Assembly (NCBI GenBank): GCA_034519505.1
Contig: JAXHOI010000004.1
Location: forward strand, 22,177-86,176
Source: Sphingobium sp.
GTDB taxonomy: Bacteria > Pseudomonadota > Alphaproteobacteria > Sphingomonadales > Sphingomonadaceae
DNA: 64,000 bases
Direction: 5' to 3'
Positions 9,801 through 17,788 of this stretch are shown here, piece after piece. Every line of letters begins with the position of its first letter. Position 1 is the stretch's first letter. A model generated the notes under the pieces. That model saw nothing but the letters and a program-made list of their open reading frames with translations. It had not been told where the DNA came from and did no database searches. Both the position numbers and the translations under genes were made by a program.

Positions 9801-10466
9801 CCCAATGTCGTGGGCATCGGCGGCGCCTATATGTGCATTTACGGGATGGAGGGGCCGGGCGGCTATCAGTTGTTCGGCCGCACGATTCAGGTGTGGAACA
9901 CGCATCGGCAAACCGACGCCTTTACCGAAGGCAGGCCGTGGCTACTGCGGTTTTTCGACCAGATTCGTTTCTATCCGGTCAGCGCGGAAGAACTGGCCGA
10001 ATGGAGACGCGACTTCCCGACCGGGCGGCGTTCGATCAGGATCGAACCATCGGAATTTCGTTTGGCGGACTATCGCGCGTTCCTGGCCGACAATGCGGAA
10101 GGGATCGCCGCGTTTCAGGCACGCAGGCAGGACGCTTTCGATGAAGAACGCGCCGAGTGGCAGCGCAGCGGCGAATTCGATCGCCTGACCGACCTTGCCG
10201 AGGCGGATCAGCCAGAGGCCGCCGCCGTCGACGTTCCGGAAGGGGCCGACCTTGTCGAAGCGCCCTTTGGCGGTTCGGTCTGGAAACTGCTGGTATCGGC
10301 GGGCGACAAGGTGGAGGTCGGAGACACCATCGCGATCATCGAGGCGATGAAGATGGAATGTCCGGTGCGCAGTCCAGGTTCGGGCACGGTCGAAGCGCTG
10401 TATGTGCAGGAGCGACAGTCGTTGCAGCCCGGCGCGCCGATGATGGCCCTGCGGGAACACGCATGA
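6870..10466 (+). CDS. uca: Urea/guanidine carboxylase (biotin-dependent), guanidine-type
   Basis: Biotin carboxylase motifs ([28 protein letters not shown]), CT domain [21 protein letters not shown], biotinyl motif EAMKM; ATG overlaps the cgdB stop (ATGA). Confidence 0.93.
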   Translation: [1198 protein letters not shown]

Positions 10467-12232
10467 GCGCGCTCGACCGCCGCAGCGCATCGGCGATCGC
10501 GCAGGCGGTCGGTTCGGGGCGGATGAGCGCGGTCGCGGTGGCGCAGGAAACGCTCGCGCGGCTTGCAGTTTACGATGCGATTCAACCGCAAGCCTGGATC
10601 AGTCGCGTGGAGCCGGATGCGTTGCTGGAGGCTGCGCACGCCATCGATGCCCGCGTCGCCGCGGGTGAGCGATTGCCGCTGGCCGGCGTTCCTTTCGCGG
10701 TGAAGGACAATATCGATGTCGCGGGACTGGAAACGACCGCAGCCTGTCCCGCTTTCGCCTATCGCCCCGATATTTCGGCGACCGTCGTGGACCGATTGAT
10801 CGCGGCAGGCGCGCTGTGCGTCGGCAAAACCAATCTGGATCAGTTCGCAACCGGACTGAATGGCACGCGAAGCCCTTATGGCAGTCCCCGGAACGCATAC
10901 AACCTTGCCTATGTCAGCGGCGGATCCAGTTCGGGATCGTCCGCCGCCGTGGCGGCCGGCCTTGTCGCGTTCGCGCTCGGCACGGACACGGCGGGATCGG
11001 GGCGCGTGCCGGCGGCGTTCCAGCATCTGATCGGCTTCAAGCCCAGCAAGGGGCGTTGGAGCAACAGCGGGCTGGTGCCAGCATGCCGCACGCTCGATTG
11101 CATCAGCGTGTTCACCAATGACACCGACGATGCGCGACTGATCGACGTGACCGTCGCGGGGTTCGACGCGACCGATCCTTATTCGAAGACATTGGCCAAT
11201 CGGCCACTGGGCCGGAAACGCATCGGTGTGCCACGGCGTGACCAGCGTGTGTTCTTTGGCGATGCCGAATCCGAATATCTCTATGATCGGGCGTTGGCGA
11301 CATTGGCCAGCCTTGGTGAGGTAGTCGAGATCGATTACGCGCCGCTGCAGGAGGCCGCCCAGCTGCTCTATAGCGGCCCATGGGTCGCGGAGCGGACTGC
11401 GGCTATCGAACCGATCCTGCGCGATCATCCGGACGCCATCGACGCTGCCGTGCGCGAAGTGGTCGAGCCGGGCGCGGAGATCGGCGCGGTCGAGCTGTTC
11501 AACGGTATCTACCGTTTGGCCGAGTTGAAGCGTCATGCCGACCTGATGTGGCACGACATCGACTTCCTCGCCTTTCCGACGACCGGCGCAACCTATCGCG
11601 TGGCCGAGTTGAAGGCGGCACCGATCGCGCTCAACAGCGCGCTGGGATTTTACACCAATTTCGTGAACCTGCTGGATATGGCGGCGCTGGCGCTGCCCGC
11701 TGGCGCGCGCGCCAACGGCACCGGCTTTGGCATTACCCTGATCGGCCCGGCCGACAGCGACCTTGCGCTTCTCGACGCGGCTGACGCCTATCTGGCTGCC
11801 GCTGATCTTTCGTCACCACCGCCACTCGATCTGGAGGGAAAAATGCAGACCGTGAAACTCGCCGTCGTCGGTGCGCATCTGAAGGACATGCCGCTGCACT
11901 GGCAACTGACCTCGCGCGATGCGACCTTTGTCGGCGCATTCGAAACCGCACCCAACTATCGCCTTTATGCCATTGCCGACAGCGTGCCGCCCAAGCCCGC
12001 GTTGGTCCACAGCGACGAGGGAGCGGCGATCAAGTTGGAAGTCTATGAACTGGGCGTCGCCGAATTCGGCAGCTTCGTTGTGGAGGTGCCTGCGCCGCTC
12101 GCCATCGGCACGGTGACGCTGGCGGACGGCAGCAGCGTCAAGGGCTTCGTGGCTGAGCCGCGTGCGCTGAATGGCGCGGAGGATATTACGGCGCTGGGGG
12201 GATGGCGCGCCTATATCGCGCAACGCGCCTGA
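10463..12232 (+). CDS. atzF: Allophanate hydrolase (amidase signature plus C-terminal domain)
   Basis: VKDNID, GGSSSGS, GTDTAGSGRVPA catalytic motifs; C-terminal AVVGAHL domain; ATGA overlap with uca. Confidence 0.92.
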   Translation: MSALDRRSASAIAQAVGSGRMSAVAVAQETLARLAVYDAIQPQAWISRVEPDALLEAAHAIDARVAAGERLPLAGVPFAVKDNIDVAGLETTAACPAFAYRPDISATVVDRLIAAGALCVGKTNLDQFATGLNGTRSPYGSPRNAYNLAYVSGGSSSGSSAAVAAGLVAFALGTDTAGSGRVPAAFQHLIGFKPSKGRWSNSGLVPACRTLDCISVFTNDTDDARLIDVTVAGFDATDPYSKTLANRPLGRKRIGVPRRDQRVFFGDAESEYLYDRALATLASLGEVVEIDYAPLQEAAQLLYSGPWVAERTAAIEPILRDHPDAIDAAVREVVEPGAEIGAVELFNGIYRLAELKRHADLMWHDIDFLAFPTTGATYRVAELKAAPIALNSALGFYTNFVNLLDMAALALPAGARANGTGFGITLIGPADSDLALLDAADAYLAAADLSSPPPLDLEGKMQTVKLAVVGAHLKDMPLHWQLTSRDATFVGAFETAPNYRLYAIADSVPPKPALVHSDEGAAIKLEVYELGVAEFGSFVVEVPAPLAIGTVTLADGSSVKGFVAEPRALNGAEDITALGGWRAYIAQRA

Positions 12233-12258
12233 GGCCATTCTGGAAAGGGAGCCATAAG

Positions 12259-13179
12259 ATGCAACGGCTTGGGAGAATGATCATGGCAGTGGCGATGGGA
12301 TGTGCGGCGGCTTCGACGGCCCATGCCGAGCAGGTCATCACCGTGCCGGGCTTTGCCGACTTTCTGGCGGTCGACGGTGACAGCGTGTGGGCCACCAATG
12401 ACGGCCGCGTCGAGCGCTGGACGCAGCAGGGCAAACTTGCCGCCGTGTCGATGACCAAGCCCTGCGGCGCGATGGCGATATCGGACGGCGCGTTGTGGGT
12501 GGCAGACTGCAAGGAAGGCGCGGTCGTGCGGATCGACACGGCGACGGCGCAGAAGGTCGCCACCATCCCGACCGGCATCGCCAATCCCAAGGGTGAGTTG
12601 AACGTCGTGGCCGGTGCTGGCTCAATCTGGGTGGCGAGCGATCAGAAGGGTATCGTGTCGCGGATCGATCCTGCCACCAATCAGGTGACGGCGACGATCG
12701 CCGTCAATCTGGGCACGCATTATCTGGCCTTCGGCTTCGGTTCGCTCTGGGCGGTCAGCAGCGAAAGCCGCTCGATCCAGCAGATCGATCCGGCGACGAA
12801 CGCCGTGGTCAAGACGACGGCGCTGGGCAAGGAACCAGGCTTCCTCGCAGCCGGTGAAGGCGGCGTGTGGGTTCAGGAACAGGGCGACGGCACCGTCGCG
12901 CGGATCGATCCGGAGAGCGGCGAAGTGACAGGCCGGACGAAGGTTGGCCCGGTCCTGAAATGGGGCGACATCGACACCGGCGGCGGCTTCGTCTGGCTGC
13001 GCACCACCGAAGACCAGACCTTTGTCGTGATCGATCCCACCTCGCTGGCGATCCTGGCCCGCGTGGGCAAGGCGGAGGGCAGTGGCGCGCTGCGTTATGC
13101 CGATACCGGTATCTGGACCTCAGCCCACGACGTCCACACGCTTACCTGGTGGCCTGAACCGGCCAAGCTGGCAAAATGA
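12259..13179 (+). CDS. Exported beta-propeller protein (Vgb/YncE-like), function unknown
   Basis: Signal peptide ending AHA; repeated blades (DSVWAT, GALWVA, GSIWVA, GSLWAV, GGVWVQ, GFVWLR, TGIWTS) with RIDPAT linkers; starts 26 nt after the atzF stop. Confidence 0.75.
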   Translation: MQRLGRMIMAVAMGCAAASTAHAEQVITVPGFADFLAVDGDSVWATNDGRVERWTQQGKLAAVSMTKPCGAMAISDGALWVADCKEGAVVRIDTATAQKVATIPTGIANPKGELNVVAGAGSIWVASDQKGIVSRIDPATNQVTATIAVNLGTHYLAFGFGSLWAVSSESRSIQQIDPATNAVVKTTALGKEPGFLAAGEGGVWVQEQGDGTVARIDPESGEVTGRTKVGPVLKWGDIDTGGGFVWLRTTEDQTFVVIDPTSLAILARVGKAEGSGALRYADTGIWTSAHDVHTLTWWPEPAKLAK

Positions 13180-13185
13180 TGCGCT

Positions 13186-13209
13186 CGCGGCCCGGCGGAC
13201 CGGGCCGCG
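13186..13209. terminator. GC-rich hairpin between convergent genes
   Basis: CGCGGCCCGG-CGGA-CCGGGCCGCG, a perfect 10-bp stem; no U-tract. Confidence 0.5.
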
Positions 13210-13225
13210 GACAACGCCAGCGGAC

Positions 13226-13564
13226 TTAGCGCGCGGACGCGAGCTGGGTCGACGCGCCGCCGGCATTTGCCTGGCGTGCCTCGATCTGGGCGCGCACATC
13301 GGCGGTCACAGCCGTGCGGCACGCCTGCGCCTTGGCTTCCAGCGCCAGATGCAAGCCGGACAAGTCCTGACCGCAAACAGCGCGTGCGGCCTGATCGATG
13401 CGGATCGCCAGGCGCTGCTGACCGTCGGCAGTTGCAAGGTCAAGGCCGCTGAGGTTCAGCGTGGCCTGGCTCTTGGCGAAAGGGTTGGTATTTTCGGTTG
13501 CTGCTGAAGCCGAAGTGGCAAGCGCAACCGCGGCGATCGCCGCGAGGCCAATTTTCATCATCAT
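13226..13564 (-). CDS. UrcA family periplasmic protein
   Basis: Signal peptide; LDLATADGQQRLAIRIDQAARAVCG...ACR pattern with a Cys pair; RBS AGGAG. Confidence 0.85.
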   Translation of the reverse strand: MMMKIGLAAIAAVALATSASAATENTNPFAKSQATLNLSGLDLATADGQQRLAIRIDQAARAVCGQDLSGLHLALEAKAQACRTAVTADVRAQIEARQANAGGASTQLASAR

Positions 13565-13682
13565 CTCCTGTGCGTCAAACCTGCGCCGCTCTTCGGCAGC
13601 TGACGGTCAGATAGGCCTTATAGATGAAAATTTCAACTGTGCGCGGGATTTTGTTGTATTATTACTTTGTCCGTGTTCGTTA

Positions 13683-14090
13683 TTACTTCGCCCTCACCAC
13701 CAGCATGGCCAGGTCTTCCGAATGGCCCAGCATACCGATGGGCAGGGAAACCTGTGCGGCTTCCGCCGGTGCAGCGCGATCTCCGGCCACCAAGACGCTG
13801 ATTTTGCGTGCATAGGGTGCGGACCACAGCCGCACGGTGTCGACAGGCAGGATAGCGCGCCAGCTGCGCCCGCCCTGCACGGCAACGGCATGACCGTTGA
13901 TGGTTACCGTGTCGCGGATGTCCGGGCGGCTGCCCTTGACCAGCAGGCAGCTTTGCGTGCCGCAGGAGATCAGGCGGGTCTTGGGGGCGGCAAAGGCCAC
14001 CGTGGGAAGCGTCAGCGCCATCGCCATGCTGGTGAAACAGGCGCGACGGAGAAGCTTTGCGGGAGCGGACATGGCCTGGCTTTCGTTCAT
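13683..14090 (-). CDS. Exported hypothetical protein
   Basis: ATG overlaps the sulfotransferase stop (ATGA); signal-like TLPTVAFA; CGTQSC pair. Confidence 0.65.
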   Translation of the reverse strand: MNESQAMSAPAKLLRRACFTSMAMALTLPTVAFAAPKTRLISCGTQSCLLVKGSRPDIRDTVTINGHAVAVQGGRSWRAILPVDTVRLWSAPYARKISVLVAGDRAAPAEAAQVSLPIGMLGHSEDLAMLVVRAK

Positions 14091-15658
14091 GCGATATCGA
14101 TGCCCTGTTGCGCAAAGAACTGACGCACCTGCTCCATCACCGCCTCGTGCTGGCGCCAGCGGGCAATCGAGTCGCGGTAGATGGGACGGCGAACCTGCGC
14201 GGCGCTGGGCGTGGAAACCGGAGCCTCGCTGGTGTGGAAGGAGAGGCAACTGTCCGACCAATCGAGGCCGCAATGTTTGAGCAGGCGGCGGGTCTGGCCA
14301 TCCTGATCCAGCACCATGTCCTCGTACCGGATTTCGATCAGCCGGTCGGGCAGGGCGGAGCGCCAACGCGCCATCAGGCGGTCGAACCGGACGTAATAAG
14401 CTGCGATGTCGAGCAGGTCGTAGCTATAGTCATAGTAACGCGACGAAATCGCGAACAGGTTGCGGAAATTGCTGAGCACTGTGTCCATCGGATTGCGGCG
14501 CAGGCAAACGATCCGGGCATTGGGCAGGGAACGCGCGATAAAGCCCGCGTACAGGAAATTGCCGGGAAACTTGTCCGTGAAGCGTAAGGCCGGGTCGCGG
14601 CGATGGTGGCGCGCACGCTCCAGAAAGTCGTGGCCGATGGCGCTCATGTCGGTTTGTGCGGCGGCCGCGATGGTTTCGGCATCCATCACCATCGGCGTGC
14701 GGGTGCCGGCGGCTTTCTTGACGGCCAACGGCATCGCCTGAAGCTCACCCGCGCTTTCCACTGCGGGATGCGATGAAAGGATGCGGTCGATCAGTGTCGT
14801 GCCGGTGCGCTGCATGCCGATGACGAAGATCGGTGCGTCGTCCGGTGTCGCTCCGGCGGCCTCCGGCAGCGGCCATGTCGCCTCGACCGCGTCGAAAAGC
14901 GCCGCATCGCGTGCGAAGCTGTAGGGCAACTGGGCACGATGTTCGCCATTGGCGGCCAGCAGGGCATCCAGCGCCTTCGCTGGCTCACCCACATCCTCAA
15001 GCTCCTTGGCGAGGGCATGTCCCAGCAGCAGCCGATCGCGGCCATCGCGCGCGCCCTTTCGCACGGTGACGAGGCGCGTGATATGATTGCGTTCCGCCGT
15101 CTGCTTGCGAAGGCTGGCGAGCAGATGATGCGCCCGCGCATGGTCCGGTGCGATAGTGAGCAGGGACTCTAGCGCTGCATCGGCATCGTCCGTGCGGCCA
15201 AGGAAATTAAATGTTGCCGCCAGATTGTAGCGATATTCGCTGTTGTCGCCTTCCAGCCGGACCGCTTCGGCAAAGTGCGGCAAGGCAGCGCTGTGATCGC
15301 CAAGGCGCGCATAAACGCACCCCATCGTATCGCGGCTCAGCGCATCGGCAGGCAAGGCGTGTTCCGCAGCCGCCAGCGTCGCAGCGGCATCGCCATCCCG
15401 GCGCATCATTATGTAGAGCTTGGCAAGCTGCGCCCGATATTCGCCGCGCGGGTTGAGGGCAACGGCGCGGTCGATATGCGTAATGCCGATTCGCACACGG
15501 CCAGCGCTCGATTCCGCAATACCCAGGAGGAAGTGGCCCTCGGCGTCGCTGCCATCCGCCGCGACCAGGGCCGTTGCGAAACGCCGGGCCGAGGCAAAGT
15601 CACCTTTCGCCAAAGCGGTGCGCGCTGCCTCTGCCCGTGCGGCGCGCATCTGCGTCAT
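14087..15658 (-). CDS. TPR-repeat sulfotransferase family protein
   Basis: N-terminal TPR-like helices; PAPS-binding IFVIGMQRTGTTL; DKFP, RNPMD, RYEDMV and TPSAAQVRRP motifs. Confidence 0.88.
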   Translation of the reverse strand: MTQMRAARAEAARTALAKGDFASARRFATALVAADGSDAEGHFLLGIAESSAGRVRIGITHIDRAVALNPRGEYRAQLAKLYIMMRRDGDAAATLAAAEHALPADALSRDTMGCVYARLGDHSAALPHFAEAVRLEGDNSEYRYNLAATFNFLGRTDDADAALESLLTIAPDHARAHHLLASLRKQTAERNHITRLVTVRKGARDGRDRLLLGHALAKELEDVGEPAKALDALLAANGEHRAQLPYSFARDAALFDAVEATWPLPEAAGATPDDAPIFVIGMQRTGTTLIDRILSSHPAVESAGELQAMPLAVKKAAGTRTPMVMDAETIAAAAQTDMSAIGHDFLERARHHRRDPALRFTDKFPGNFLYAGFIARSLPNARIVCLRRNPMDTVLSNFRNLFAISSRYYDYSYDLLDIAAYYVRFDRLMARWRSALPDRLIEIRYEDMVLDQDGQTRRLLKHCGLDWSDSCLSFHTSEAPVSTPSAAQVRRPIYRDSIARWRQHEAVMEQVRQFFAQQGIDIA

Positions 15659-16587
15659 GCCGCGGCAGCCGGCCCGTTTTGATCATTGGCGGGCGGCGCG
15701 CCATCGTCGCGCGCGGCGGGCCGACGTGCCTTGTACCGGTCAATCAGGGGCTGAAACGGGAACAATGTCTGTTCGAGGATGGTCAGCCGCTTGCGATCGT
15801 CCTGCCCCACAAGGACGCCTTCGCCTTCCTTATAGGTGCCGAAGATCCGGTCGAGCAGGATCAGCGAGTTGCCGTAGTTGCAACGGGTGCTTTCATAGTC
15901 GGTCGAGTGATGTAGGCTGTGATGGCGGATCGTCGTGAAGAAGAAGGAATACCAGATCGGTGGATCGGATCGCACATTGGCATGGGCGAAGACGGATATG
16001 ACGCCCATCGTATTGATGGCCGCGAACAGCGCCGTGGGTTGAAAATCGAACAGCGCCAGCACGCTGAGGCTGATCAGGAACAGTTCGATGGGGTTGCCGA
16101 CCGCGCCCTTCGCCGCATTCAGCTGGGTTATGTGATGATGCGGCGCGTGGGTGAGCCAGAACGGTGTCCAGTTGTGCATCAGCCGATGCATCCAGTACTG
16201 CCCGAATTCCAGCAGGAAGATCGCCAGCATGACCTGCGCGAGCCAGGGCATGTGTGTAACCCATGCGGTCTTGATCCCCAGGGCCGCCTTGACGGCCGTC
16301 AACGGATCTTCCGCCAGCTTTTCCGTCAGCCAGACGATCACCGTGGCGCTGAGCACCGAATAATAAAGGTCGGTGAAAAACTCCTGCTTGTTCATGCGCC
16401 AGTCCGCGTGGCGTTCGTGAACAATCTCCAGCAGCAGGACGGCGATGACGATCAGCGGCGAGGTGACAGTCAGCGCCCAGGGATTGTCGGTCAACGATTT
16501 CGGACCCAAAGCCCAGAAGGCCAGCACCATGGCAATCATCGCCGGTGGTGCCAGATTGAAGATCCGGTCTTTCAGGCTCGTGTGCAT
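15655..16587 (-). CDS. Sterol desaturase / fatty acid hydroxylase family di-iron membrane enzyme (paralog 1)
   Basis: His boxes HRLMH, HAPHH, H..HHSLHH; TM segments; NYG..LLDRIFGT. Confidence 0.87.
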   Translation of the reverse strand: MHTSLKDRIFNLAPPAMIAMVLAFWALGPKSLTDNPWALTVTSPLIVIAVLLLEIVHERHADWRMNKQEFFTDLYYSVLSATVIVWLTEKLAEDPLTAVKAALGIKTAWVTHMPWLAQVMLAIFLLEFGQYWMHRLMHNWTPFWLTHAPHHHITQLNAAKGAVGNPIELFLISLSVLALFDFQPTALFAAINTMGVISVFAHANVRSDPPIWYSFFFTTIRHHSLHHSTDYESTRCNYGNSLILLDRIFGTYKEGEGVLVGQDDRKRLTILEQTLFPFQPLIDRYKARRPAARDDGAPPANDQNGPAAAA

Positions 16588-16663
16588 ATCGCGGCTCCGC
16601 TCTCGATGCGGAGACTGCGCTGCACTGCGTCATGACGGGAGATCGAAAATCATGATCAAAGGC

Positions 16664-16678
16664 ATAAATTCTATCTAT
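16664..16678. promoter_or_regulatory. LysR-type box upstream of desaturase 1
   Basis: Minus strand ATAGAT-AGA-ATTTAT (T-N11-A), about 77 nt upstream of the start; overlaps the LysR stop codon. Confidence 0.55.
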
Positions 16679-17616
16679 GGACGACTTTGCGCGCGGATAC
16701 GCCGCACCACCTCGTCCCAGAAAAGCTGCGTGGCGGTATCGCGCGCCTGCTGATAGCGGGCGAGCAGAAAGATGTCGTAGGCTGGCTCGAAATCGGCGTG
16801 CAGCATCGGCCACAGCTTGCCGCTGGCGACTTCGCTCGCCGCCGCATAAATCGGCAGAAAGCCGATCCCGACGCCCTGGACGATCAGGCGGCGCGCCTCG
16901 TTGATGTCCTCCGCCAGCCCGCTGACACGCGATCCCAAGCGATAGCGGCGGCGGATATGGGTGATCGCTTCGATCTCGTCTTCGCCGGTCAGGACGAAAT
17001 CCTGATCCTTCAACTCGCCAAGGCGACTGACCCGGTGGCCGAAATAGGGGCTGCTGCGCGAGCAATAGAGTTGCTGCCGTTCGACCAGCAACGGTTCGTA
17101 CATCAAGCTGCCGCGCACGCTGCTGTCATAGCCGACGCCGATCTCGACCTCACCCTGTTCCAGCGCGTCGAGCAACTGGCGCCAGGGCGACACCCGGATT
17201 TCGATATGGATGGCGGGATTGCGGCGGTGAAAGCTGGTGATCGCCTCGTCAAATTCAGGGGATACCAGCCCCGACACGATCTGTATGCGCAATATGCCTT
17301 CGACCTGCTTGGTCGCCTGCGCGATGACGTGCGGCATCATGCGCGCCGATTCGAGCATCTCTTCGCAGAGCGCCATCATCGCGCGGCCTGCAGCGGTCAG
17401 TTCAACGCCCGTGGCGGTGCGGCGCAACAGCGGCGTTCCGACATGATCCTCCAGCCGTTTCAGGGCGGCGCTGATCGTGGGTTGCTGGCGGTTAAGCTGG
17501 CGCGCTGCCGCACCGATGCCGCCGGCGCGAACGATGTCGACGAACGTGCGCATCAGGTTCCAGTCCACCCGGCTGGCGAATTTCCGGTCGATCAGCTGAG
17601 TTCGATCGTCGCTCAT
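16675..17616 (-). CDS. LysR family transcriptional regulator
   Basis: HTH DWNLMRTF...AAARQLNRQQPTISAALKRLE; LysR substrate domain; divergent from the oxygenase. Confidence 0.92.
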   Translation of the reverse strand: MSDDRTQLIDRKFASRVDWNLMRTFVDIVRAGGIGAAARQLNRQQPTISAALKRLEDHVGTPLLRRTATGVELTAAGRAMMALCEEMLESARMMPHVIAQATKQVEGILRIQIVSGLVSPEFDEAITSFHRRNPAIHIEIRVSPWRQLLDALEQGEVEIGVGYDSSVRGSLMYEPLLVERQQLYCSRSSPYFGHRVSRLGELKDQDFVLTGEDEIEAITHIRRRYRLGSRVSGLAEDINEARRLIVQGVGIGFLPIYAAASEVASGKLWPMLHADFEPAYDIFLLARYQQARDTATQLFWDEVVRRIRAQSRP

Positions 17617-17669
17617 GCCTGTGCTCTCCCGCCCGGTCCGATGTCTGCGCTTGCGTCTTAACGCAGGGG

Positions 17670-17684
17670 ATAGATGAAATCGAT
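17670..17684. promoter_or_regulatory. LysR-type box in the LysR/oxygenase divergent region
   Basis: ATAGAT-GAA-ATCGAT followed by an AT-rich tract. Confidence 0.6.
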
Positions 17685-17788
17685 GGATATCATATTATCT
17701 GAATATCTATCGCTATGACCATGCCGGTCTATCCTGCCTCTAACCATCACGCGCAGTCACCGCGCGCCGCCTTCTTGAGGATCATGAC

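Noticed and set aside
6591-9911. 1106-aa minus-strand ORF
   Set aside because: Antisense shadow of the carboxylase, caused by high-GC codon bias. The same applies to other long antisense ORFs such as 26313-27917, 39566-41179 and 52892-54916.
13565-13682. UzcR (uranium/zinc response) box upstream of urcA
   Set aside because: No CATTAC...TTAA-type match on the coding strand; UrcA-family membership alone does not imply a uranium response.
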